From the NCBI GenBank assembly GCA_038874475.1, contig JAVZCJ010000004.1:48127-72126 (forward strand): a DNA stretch of 24,000 nucleotides. The letters run 5' to 3'. Both the position numbers and the translations under genes were made by a program. A model generated the notes under the pieces. It was not told where the DNA came from and made no database searches. It saw nothing but the letters and a program-made list of their open reading frames with translations. Below are positions 16,589 through 23,620 of the stretch, in pieces (the stretch's first letter is position 1; the number at the start of each line of letters is the position of its first letter). Source of the stretch: Nitrososphaerota archaeon. GTDB lineage: Archaea; Thermoproteota; Nitrososphaeria_A; Caldarchaeales; JAVZCJ01.

Positions 16589-17104
16589 ATTATTATAGAT
16601 GAGCCTACTGCTATAAAAACTATTGAATTAGCAGCAGGTAAAGGAGCTGTTGAAATTGTTAAATTATTAATGAAAAAACCATGGTTAACAGATGAAGAAA
16701 TAGCAAACATTCTTAAAATTGATATTAAAGAAGTTAGGAAGTTATTGCATAGATTACACGAATTATCATTAATATCATATGATGTTGCTAGGGATGTTAA
16801 GCTTGGTAGAAGAGTATTTAAATGGAATGTACAAACAAGCCAAATGATTGGATTTATTAAAGTTGCTCTTCAAAAAACTTTAGAAAGATTACGTTTAAAA
16901 CTTGAATATGAGCAATCTCATCAATTTTATTATTGTGGAACTCCTGGATGTAGAAAATATACATTTGAAGAAAGTGTGAATAAATTGTTTAAATGTCCAA
17001 ATTGTGGAAAAATATTAGAATTGTATGATAATAGTAAAATAATAGAAGCTATAAAAGAAAAAATTTCACAAATAGAAAAAGAATTAGTTGAAGAACCAGG
17101 TTAA
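16589..17104 (+). CDS. tfe: Transcription factor E, alpha subunit (TFE / TFIIE-alpha homolog)
   Basis: The wHTH reads LTDEEIANILKIDIKEVRKLLHRLHELSLISYDVARD...VFKWNV. The Zn ribbon reads YYCGTPGCRKYTFEE...FKCPNCG. The track start is ATG 16670, but the frame is open from 16580 and encodes the expected first helix (DEPTAIKTIELAAGKGAVEIVKLL). The 5' end at ATT 16589 is a proposal; see findings. Confidence 0.85.
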   Translation: MIIDEPTAIKTIELAAGKGAVEIVKLLMKKPWLTDEEIANILKIDIKEVRKLLHRLHELSLISYDVARDVKLGRRVFKWNVQTSQMIGFIKVALQKTLERLRLKLEYEQSHQFYYCGTPGCRKYTFEESVNKLFKCPNCGKILELYDNSKIIEAIKEKISQIEKELVEEPG

Positions 17105-17106
17105 AA

Positions 17107-17844
17107 ATGGAAATAGTATTATCGGAAAGAACAAATAGGAAAGATAAATATGAAGTTTTAAAAAAATTAATGGAAGAAATTAAAGAAAAATATTCAAAAA
17201 CAGATGTTGAAATAAAAAATATGTTTTTTAATGAAGATGGATGGCTAATAATAGATGTAAGTGAAGAAAAATTTTTCATAAATACTATAAATAAATTAAC
17301 TATTTTTCCTCTTACAGTTTTTAATAAACAATTTCTAATAACTGGGAAAATAGAAAATGTTAAAAATGATCATATAAGAATAATTTTTCCAAATGAGAAA
17401 GGAGAGACTTCCATATTAGATATTAAAATAAAAAATTTAATAAGAAAAATTGGTATTTCTAAAATAGATTTTAATAATTCTTTGAAAGAAATGCTTCATA
17501 TAAAAAAATTATCACCTATCCATGTTTATCTAGGAAGAGAGAAAAATATATCGTATTATCATGCAAATATGATTAATGAATGGTATAAGAAAGGGCTTAG
17601 TGCAGTAAATGTAAATGATGTAACAATGACAGAACTGAAAAATGTTATTTCTGAAAGAAATCTTGATAAAGTTATAATTAAAATTTATCCATTAACAATA
17701 TTATCATATAGATTAGTTTTAAGAATAGGAGCTACACCAGAAGTAGTAGAAAATGAAATAAAGAAAAGCTTTGAAGAAATTGGAATAGATATTGTTACAT
17801 CAAGCTTTAATTGGAGAAAGGCAATTTCAATTTTTTCTTATTAA
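17107..17844 (+). CDS. Hypothetical protein, probably co-transcribed with tfe
   Basis: The 245-aa ORF has its ATG 2 nt after the tfe stop codon. The composition looks coding-like, and I recognise no motif with confidence. Confidence 0.6.
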   Translation: MEIVLSERTNRKDKYEVLKKLMEEIKEKYSKTDVEIKNMFFNEDGWLIIDVSEEKFFINTINKLTIFPLTVFNKQFLITGKIENVKNDHIRIIFPNEKGETSILDIKIKNLIRKIGISKIDFNNSLKEMLHIKKLSPIHVYLGREKNISYYHANMINEWYKKGLSAVNVNDVTMTELKNVISERNLDKVIIKIYPLTILSYRLVLRIGATPEVVENEIKKSFEEIGIDIVTSSFNWRKAISIFSY

Positions 17845-17878
17845 AACTAAATTTTATAATAGATTTTAGATTTAAAAA

Positions 17879-17886
17879 TTTATATA
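17879..17886 (+). promoter_or_regulatory. TATA box of the tRNA-Val gene
   Basis: TTTATATA is preceded by an A-rich BRE-like AAAAA. It is centred about 30 nt upstream of the first tRNA nucleotide (17912). That spacing is typical of archaeal promoters. Confidence 0.5.
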
Positions 17887-17939
17887 CTTTCTTTTAAAGC
17901 ATAAAAAAGTGGGGCCGGTCGTCTAGCCTGGTTGGGATA

Positions 17940-17954
17940 AAAGTTTTCCCAAAA
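17940..17954 (+). other. Putative tRNA intron 1 (about 15 nt, near position 26/27)
   Basis: AAAGTTTTCCCAAAA lies between the D-stem 3' strand and the anticodon stem. Removing it gives GGAT-A-CCACC. GGGA (17934-17937) can pair with TCCC (17947-17950), flanked by unpaired A-rich triplets, as in a relaxed bulge-helix-bulge. The exact junctions are ambiguous because of the A runs. Confidence 0.4.
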
Positions 17955-17971
17955 CCACCCTGACGCGGTGG

Positions 17972-17989
17972 TTTTTAACCGTGGAATGG
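17972..17989 (+). other. Putative tRNA intron 2 (about 18 nt, in or next to the variable loop)
   Basis: TTTTTAACCGTGGAATGG lies between the anticodon stem 3' strand and the T stem. Removing it leaves a 5-nt variable loop, GGGTC. I could not draw a clean BHB for it by hand. Confidence 0.35.
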
Positions 17990-18020
17990 GGGTCGCCGGT
18001 TCAAATCCGGCCCGGCCCAC

Positions 18021-18025
18021 TTTTT
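18021..18025 (+). terminator. Oligo-T terminator after tRNA-Val
   Basis: A TTTTT run starts 2 nt after the discriminator base. This is the usual form of an archaeal termination signal. Confidence 0.4.
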
Positions 18026-18144
18026 AATGGAATATGTGGCGTTACACCTGCCCATAATCTAGTTAGCTTAACTCAAGTTAAAGTTGCTTTTTATGTGTAA
18101 AGTAAAAAGTGGTAAATGTGCGAAGATAATATACACTGTTGGGA

Positions 18145-18444
18145 TCAAATGCATCTTTTAATCATCACAACAGATAGCAATATCAATATGAGACTGTAGG
18201 TTAAGAAAAGTAGCAAAATCTTATCTGATAATAAAGATAACTCGTTTAGCCATTCATTCATAATCTTAACACCTTCGTAAACCGTCATGTTCGAGCCAGC
18301 TACACCCCATATAGCGTTCCCTATCATATGTCGAACAATGGAAGTTGTAACAGCTTTAAGTCCAAAAAGATAGAGCGATCCTAATACACCCAGAATACCC
18401 AATATCAAAACTACAAAGCTAAGTAAGCGATACGATCTGGACAC
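18145..18444 (-). CDS. Small two-TM membrane protein with atypical codon usage, unknown function
   Basis: The 99-aa ORF has a GTG start and a TGA stop. Hydrophobic helices sit at both ends. It uses CGC, CGA, TCG (3 times), CTG, CTC, GGC, ACG and several NNC codons that are rare in neighbouring genes. Local G+C is about 37-43% by hand count over 18241-18420. Confidence 0.5.
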   Translation of the reverse strand: MSRSYRLLSFVVLILGILGVLGSLYLFGLKAVTTSIVRHMIGNAIWGVAGSNMTVYEGVKIMNEWLNELSLLSDKILLLFLTYSLILILLSVVMIKRCI

Positions 18445-18597
18445 TTAAAACACCATGAATTTGTTTGTCTTATCTAATAAATAAATCTTTTAATATTAAA
18501 CTACTATAATTTTTGAATTTTTTAAAAAAACTTTATAATAAATAATTTATTTCTTAAAAATTCAATTTTTCTAATATTAGATCTTTTATTGATATAT

Positions 18598-19023
18598 TTA
18601 ATATAAGCTTAATGGTTCAATTCTTTTAATAAAATCAACTTTGTCAAGTTCTTTATCAGCTGATATTATTTCATGTATCATATTTAATTCCATAGAAGCT
18701 AAATGAATATAATCAATTCCACTTATTCTATATCTATATTCAGAAGCTCTTCTTATTATGGCAAAATTAAGCTCTATCCATTTTATTGGCAAAGATAAGA
18801 TGGCATCTATATTCTTTTTTATATCAAGCTCTTTTTCTTTTCTCTCTTTTAAAATTTCATTTATTTTCTTTAGAACATTTACAATTTCGACTAAAACCAA
18901 TATTGAAGCATAAGCCTCTAATTTCTTTTTTTCAATATTCTCTAAAATTTTCTTACAAACTTCTCCATATTTTGGATGATTTTCTATAGCATAAATAAAA
19001 ATATTTGTATCAATATATTTCAT
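18598..19023 (-). CDS. vapC: PIN-domain ribonuclease toxin VapC
   Basis: MKYIDTNIFIYA carries the first PIN acidic residue (IDTN). Further acidic positions follow (LVLVEIVN, ISADKELD). The product is 141 aa. Its start overlaps the stop of the upstream antitoxin gene by 4 nt. Confidence 0.85.
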   Translation of the reverse strand: MKYIDTNIFIYAIENHPKYGEVCKKILENIEKKKLEAYASILVLVEIVNVLKKINEILKERKEKELDIKKNIDAILSLPIKWIELNFAIIRRASEYRYRISGIDYIHLASMELNMIHEIISADKELDKVDFIKRIEPLSLY

Positions 19024-19250
19024 TTAAATTCTTCTCTCGTTTCTTTAACTAGCTTAACAGCATCCAAATTAAGTTTTGTTTGAGAAGTTAAAAATTTAAC
19101 AGGCTCTTTTACTTTTGGTGATGCTTGTAATATTATCTTTCCTTGAATAACGTACCATTCTACTTCTTCTCCTGGTTTTATATTCAATATTTCTCTTATT
19201 TTTTTAGGAATCGTAGTTTGATATTTTTGAGTTACCTTTGTTTTTTCCAT
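19020..19250 (-). CDS. vapB: AbrB/SpoVT-family antitoxin VapB
   Basis: KVTQKYQTTIPKKIREILNIKPGEEVEWYV is the swapped-hairpin AbrB/SpoVT signature. The product is 76 aa. The gene lies directly upstream of vapC and overlaps it. Confidence 0.85.
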   Translation of the reverse strand: MEKTKVTQKYQTTIPKKIREILNIKPGEEVEWYVIQGKIILQASPKVKEPVKFLTSQTKLNLDAVKLVKETREEFK

Positions 19251-19450
19251 ACAAGTAAGGAGAGTATTACTAGTATTTAAAATTTTACTTTAATAATAAT
19301 CGTAAAAACATTGTTCAAGTTTTTAAATATTTTTCAAATTCTTTATGAAAGCTTTTAAATGAAAAAAGCAAGTAAAGATATTCTAATTATGAATTTAAAA
19401 AATTAATTAATAAAAAGCTTATATTCTCAAAAATAGATAATTTATTTACA

Positions 19451-20161
19451 ATGAATAGTATAAAACCAAGTAAAGAATTAAGTCTTAGTGAAATACTAAC
19501 TATTTCATTTGATCTCTATAAAAAACATTTCATTAATTTAATAATACCTTTCATCGTATCAGGAGTAATTAGTTTTATTTTAATGGCATCTTTTGGATTT
19601 TTTGCATTTTTTGGATTTATGGGTCGAGGATTTGCTGCTCTTCCTGGATTGATTGGCTTAATATTTTTAGCTGGAATTGTTAGCTTTATTATCAATTTAA
19701 TTGTTGCAGGAATAGCTATAAAATATACTGGAGATGTAATTGAAGGTGGCTCTCCAACTTTAAATACTGCATTAAATTATACGATCAGTAGAATTGTAGA
19801 TTTAATAATTGCATCTATAATAGTATCAATAGTTGTTTTTATAGGGCTTATACTATTAATAATTCCTGGCATAATACTTGGCATAATGTTTATGTTAACA
19901 ATACATGTAGTAATGCTAGAAGGGAAAAGTGCAATTGAAGCAATGTCAAGAAGCAAAAATTTAGTAAATAAAAGATGGTTAAGTGCTTTCTTACTAATAA
20001 TTATAATACTTATAATTTCTATTATAATTTCTATGATACCATTAATAGGACCATTACTTATGATTTTAGCTTATCCTTATTTTGTAGTAGTTTTAACATT
20101 CTTTTATTATTCTATGAAAGCTAAAGAAGCAGTACAATTACCGCCACCAACTCAACTATAA
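19451..20161 (+). CDS. Polytopic membrane protein, unknown function
   Basis: The 236-aa ORF has about 6 hydrophobic helices with Gly/Phe-rich segments. A soluble loop reads YTGDVIEGGSPTLNTALNYTISR. I am not confident of any family assignment. Confidence 0.65.
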   Translation: MNSIKPSKELSLSEILTISFDLYKKHFINLIIPFIVSGVISFILMASFGFFAFFGFMGRGFAALPGLIGLIFLAGIVSFIINLIVAGIAIKYTGDVIEGGSPTLNTALNYTISRIVDLIIASIIVSIVVFIGLILLIIPGIILGIMFMLTIHVVMLEGKSAIEAMSRSKNLVNKRWLSAFLLIIIILIISIIISMIPLIGPLLMILAYPYFVVVLTFFYYSMKAKEAVQLPPPTQL

Positions 20162-20328
20162 TTACCTTTTTCTTTTACTCCCTTTTTTATTTTATTTAAT
20201 GAGTTATAATTTAAATAATTAAAAAATTTAATGCTTTTTTAAACTTTCATATCTAAAATTAAATAAGGATAAATTACTATTTTGTAGTTTTTTAGGTCTT
20301 TACTTTTATATTTTTTCTTTTAAATTTG

Positions 20329-20340
20329 AACGTTAACGTT
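20329..20340. promoter_or_regulatory. Perfect palindrome AACGTTAACGTT, candidate operator in the nrpR promoter
   Basis: The 12-nt self-complementary sequence contains two CG steps, which are rare in this AT-rich DNA. It lies about 20-30 nt downstream of a TATA-like TTTTATAT (20304-20311), over the expected transcription start. It is 35 nt upstream of the nrpR ATG. Confidence 0.35.
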
Positions 20341-20374
20341 AAATATTTTAAAGATTATTATTTTAAATAGGTTT

Positions 20375-21355
20375 ATGTCTGAAAAATATGAAATTTCAAG
20401 AAAAGAAATCGAGATACTAAAGATACTAAGCGAGTCAACAGAACCTATCGGATCAACAATTATTCGACGAGAGCTAGAGAAAAGAGGTTTTTTTCTTAGT
20501 GAAAGAACTATAAGATATCATCTTAAATTATTAGAATTAAAAGGTTTAGTTTCAGGACATGAGCGAAGTGGAAGAACTATAACTAGTAAAGGTTTAGAAG
20601 AATTAAGTAGAGCTTTAGTATCTTATAGACTTGGCTTTGTTATTACTCGCTTTTTATCAATGGCTTATTCAGTTACGTATGATCCAATTGCAGATTCTGG
20701 AATGGTGGTTGCTAATGTTTCAATTATAGATAAATCTTTTTATGATAAAACTATTGAAATATTAAAATCTTTACATAAAGAAGGCTTATTATTAGCTCCA
20801 TATATTAAGGTGCTAGATGAAAATGAAGAATATCAAAACATAGTTACTCCAGAAGGAAAAATAGCTCTTTTTACAGTTTGCGATTTAACTATAGATGGTG
20901 TTCTTATACGTTCAGGAATTCCCTTATTCTTTAAATATGGTGGATTGGTTCAAGTAGTGAATCGAAAACCAATACGCATTATTGAATTAATTTCCTATGA
21001 AGGAACTACTATTCCTCCGCTTGAACTTTTTGTTCGAAGTAATCAAACTTCGATTATTAAAGTAATGAAGACAGGATCTGGATTATTGCCTGCTGCTTTA
21101 AGGGAAATTGTTACTGAAGCAAGAGAGAAAACGCTTAAGATTCTTTCAACATTAAAGGATAGAGAATGGGGAGGTATTTTAGCTGTAGGCGTTCCTAATG
21201 AACCAATTCTTGGTGTTCCAATAGCTATGGATAGGTTTGGTTTGTGTATGATAGGTGGTCTTACTCCTAGTGCAGCTCTTTTAGAGGAAGGTGTAAAAAT
21301 TGAAACATTTGCACCTCATTGTTTAATCCCTCTTGAAGAAATGAATAAAATATAG
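20375..21355 (+). CDS. nrpR: NrpR-family nitrogen regulatory repressor (wHTH + one NrpR/DUF128 domain)
   Basis: The N-terminal wHTH is ILKILSESTEPIGSTIIRRELEKRGFFLSERTIRYHLKLLELKGLV...GRTITSKGLEEL. It is followed by about 230 aa matching the NrpR regulatory-domain pattern (RLGFVITRF...VANVSIID...LFTVCDLTIDGVL...). Confidence 0.8.
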   Translation: MSEKYEISRKEIEILKILSESTEPIGSTIIRRELEKRGFFLSERTIRYHLKLLELKGLVSGHERSGRTITSKGLEELSRALVSYRLGFVITRFLSMAYSVTYDPIADSGMVVANVSIIDKSFYDKTIEILKSLHKEGLLLAPYIKVLDENEEYQNIVTPEGKIALFTVCDLTIDGVLIRSGIPLFFKYGGLVQVVNRKPIRIIELISYEGTTIPPLELFVRSNQTSIIKVMKTGSGLLPAALREIVTEAREKTLKILSTLKDREWGGILAVGVPNEPILGVPIAMDRFGLCMIGGLTPSAALLEEGVKIETFAPHCLIPLEEMNKI

Positions 21356-21386
21356 CTATTTTTTATAAAAAATTATAATATGTTCT

Positions 21387-22769
21387 TTAATGTTTATTCA
21401 TTAAATAAATGTTTATTGACTTAGCAGCTCTCTTTCCAGCTTCTATAGCTTTTATAACAGATGCTGCACCACTAACTACATCTCCACCTGCAAAAATTCC
21501 ATTAGTAGCTTCCAATGTCTCTGGATTAACAAGTATGGTTTTTTGTTTATCTGAAATTTTGATTTTCCTTGAAGTATTTTTCGTTGCTATAATATTAGGA
21601 ATATGTTTTGTTGCTATAATAACAGTTTCTGTATTATAAAGAATTTTAGAATTTTTTTCTGGAATTAATTCAATTTCTCCAGTTTTATTATTTAGCATTT
21701 GCTTTAATCTTATAAGTTCAACTTGTTTTACCCATCTTTTTTCATTTCCAATTAATCTTACTGGCTTAGTAAATGGTTGAAGATTTACACCTTCTTCTAT
21801 CCCACGTCTAATATCATCAGCTCTCCCTACAATTTTATATTGATAGAATATGAAAACTTCTTCAGCTCCTAATCTAAGAGCACATCTTGCAGCATCCATT
21901 CCTCTAGCACCTAATACTGCAACTTTACCTTGAACCTTAATTGGAGTTTTGCTTTTATATGGAAAAGCATAAGCCCTCATTAAATTTATCCTAATAAGAA
22001 ACTCATTTAAAGAATAAACTCCACATAGATTTTCTCCTGGGATGCCTAAAAACTTGGGCAAACCTGCTCCTGTACCAAGAAAAATAGCATCAAATCCTTT
22101 ATTAAAGAGATCATCTATTGTTAGTGTTTTTCCTATGATAATATTCGTTTTTATTTCAACTCCAAGTTTTTTAATATATTCAATTTCTTTTTTAACAACC
22201 TTTTTTGGTAAACGAAATTCTGGAATTCCATAAATTAAGACTCCTCCTGCTTCATGTAATGCTTCGAAAATAGTTACGTGATGACCCATTTTTGCTAATT
22301 CCGTAGCTATACTTAAACCTGCAGGTCCACTACCTACAATCGCTATGCTTTTTCCAGTAAACGAAAAAGTTTCAAAAACATTCCTTTCTTTTTCTAAACA
22401 TTTATCAGCAACAAATCTTTCAAGAGCTCCTATATTAATTGGATCACCTATAGTATTTTTGCATCCCATAGCACATAATATTTCTTGTGGGCATACTCTT
22501 CCACAAATAGATGGTAAGCAATTTTTCTCACGAATTTTTTCATCAGCTTCTTCATAAGCACCTTTTCTAATGAGTTTTATGAAGCTTTTTATATCCACAT
22601 GCAATGGGCACATTTCAATGCATAATGGATTTTCACATTGAAGACATCTAGCTGCTTCAGCTAATGCTTGTTCTTCTGTATATCCTAATGCAACTTCATT
22701 AAAAGTTTTTAATCGTTCTTCTATAGGCAATTCTGGCATTGGGATTCTTTTTAATCTGATTTCCAACAT
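21387..22769 (-). CDS. nfnB: NADPH-dependent oxidoreductase large subunit, GltD-like (NfnB / SudA)
   Basis: The N-terminus carries two Cys clusters (CLQCENPLCIEMCP; CGRVCPQEILCAMGC). Two Rossmann GxGxxG motifs follow (VGSGPAGL and a second nucleotide site). The C-terminus has GIFAGGDVVSGAASVIKAIEAGKRAA. The product is 460 aa. The gene follows the small subunit gene after a 6-nt gap. Confidence 0.85.
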   Translation of the reverse strand: MLEIRLKRIPMPELPIEERLKTFNEVALGYTEEQALAEAARCLQCENPLCIEMCPLHVDIKSFIKLIRKGAYEEADEKIREKNCLPSICGRVCPQEILCAMGCKNTIGDPINIGALERFVADKCLEKERNVFETFSFTGKSIAIVGSGPAGLSIATELAKMGHHVTIFEALHEAGGVLIYGIPEFRLPKKVVKKEIEYIKKLGVEIKTNIIIGKTLTIDDLFNKGFDAIFLGTGAGLPKFLGIPGENLCGVYSLNEFLIRINLMRAYAFPYKSKTPIKVQGKVAVLGARGMDAARCALRLGAEEVFIFYQYKIVGRADDIRRGIEEGVNLQPFTKPVRLIGNEKRWVKQVELIRLKQMLNNKTGEIELIPEKNSKILYNTETVIIATKHIPNIIATKNTSRKIKISDKQKTILVNPETLEATNGIFAGGDVVSGAASVIKAIEAGKRAAKSINIYLMNKH

Positions 22770-22775
22770 TTGTAT

Positions 22776-23603
22776 TTAAACTCCTCTCATAATTTTTAAA
22801 GCATTTCTTTCATCTTCATCATACATATGAACCCTGGCTCTAAGTTCCTCAAAATCCACAAGATGAGCATCAAATTCTGGTCCATCTATACATGCAAACT
22901 TAGGTTTTCCTCCAATAGTTACTCGACAACATCCACACATACCTGTCCCATCAATCATTAAAGGGTTAAGATTGACGATCGTTTTCATTTTGTAAGGTTT
23001 TGTAACGCTTGAAATATTTCTCATTAATGTTATTGCTCCTACAGCGTATACTAAATCGAATTTTTCATTTGATTCAAGCAATTTTTTAAGAATATCATTA
23101 GCATATCCCTTAATTCCCTCAGAACCATCATCAGTGACTATGTAAAGTCTATCACTAATTCTTTCAAATTCTTCTTTATAAATTAATAATTTAGAGGTCC
23201 GTGCACTTATAATAGATGTTATGTTATTACCAACTTCTTTAAGTTTTCTTGCTCTTTCATAAGCTGCTGCAATAGCTACTCCTCTACCAATAATGCATAC
23301 TTTTCCATAAAATGAGATCTTGCTTGGTTTTCCCAAAGGGCCTACTATATCATGAATCGTATCTCCAACTTCTAATTCTCCAAGTTCTTTTGTTGATGCT
23401 CCAACTTCTTTAAAAACAAGCGTTATTGTTCCTTCTTGAGAATTCCAATCTATAAGAGTTAATGGAATTCTTTCACCATCTTCATTTACTCTTAGGATTA
23501 CAAATTGTCCAGATTTAGATTTTTCAGCAATTAATGGTGCTTTAACCTTTATAATTTTAATACTTGGAGCAATTTCCTTTTTAAAAATTATCTCATTTTC
23601 CAT
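22776..23603 (-). CDS. nfnA: Ferredoxin-NADP reductase-like FAD/[2Fe-2S] small subunit (NfnA / SudB, PyrK-like)
   Basis: The FNR-like fold shows PGQF-type GQFVILRV and RIPLTL blocks. The C-terminal cluster motif is GTGMCGCCRV...FACIDGPEF, as in PyrK/SudB. The product is 275 aa. AGGAG lies 9 nt upstream of the ATG. Confidence 0.85.
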   Translation of the reverse strand: MENEIIFKKEIAPSIKIIKVKAPLIAEKSKSGQFVILRVNEDGERIPLTLIDWNSQEGTITLVFKEVGASTKELGELEVGDTIHDIVGPLGKPSKISFYGKVCIIGRGVAIAAAYERARKLKEVGNNITSIISARTSKLLIYKEEFERISDRLYIVTDDGSEGIKGYANDILKKLLESNEKFDLVYAVGAITLMRNISSVTKPYKMKTIVNLNPLMIDGTGMCGCCRVTIGGKPKFACIDGPEFDAHLVDFEELRARVHMYDEDERNALKIMRGV

Positions 23604-23620
23604 TTTATATAACTCCTATA

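Larger units (their letters stand above)
17912..18019 (+). tRNA. tRNA-Val (anticodon GAC) containing about 33 nt of inserted sequence, probably two short non-canonical introns
   Basis: The hand fold gives acceptor GGGCCGG/CCGGCCC plus discriminator A. The D arm is GTCT AGCCTGGTTG GGAT, with the same G10-U25 geometry as the tRNA-Pro here. The anticodon arm is CCACC CTGACGC GGTGG. The T arm is GCCGG TTCAAAT CCGGC. The total is 108 nt against about 75 expected, and the excess lies in two AT-rich blocks flanking the anticodon stem. Confidence 0.75.

Noticed and set aside
16495-16710. 71-aa minus-strand ORF between hflX and tfe
   Set aside because: It overlaps the tfe promoter, the SD box and the conserved TFE N-terminal coding region on the other strand. 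The translation has no coding-like features.
18020-19450. Direct repeat of the tRNA-Val 3' end (GGTTCAAATCCGGCCCGGCCC) marking the far att site of an integrated element
   Set aside because: No GC-rich match to the tRNA 3' half is visible anywhere downstream in the window. The islet idea therefore rests on codon usage and TA content only.
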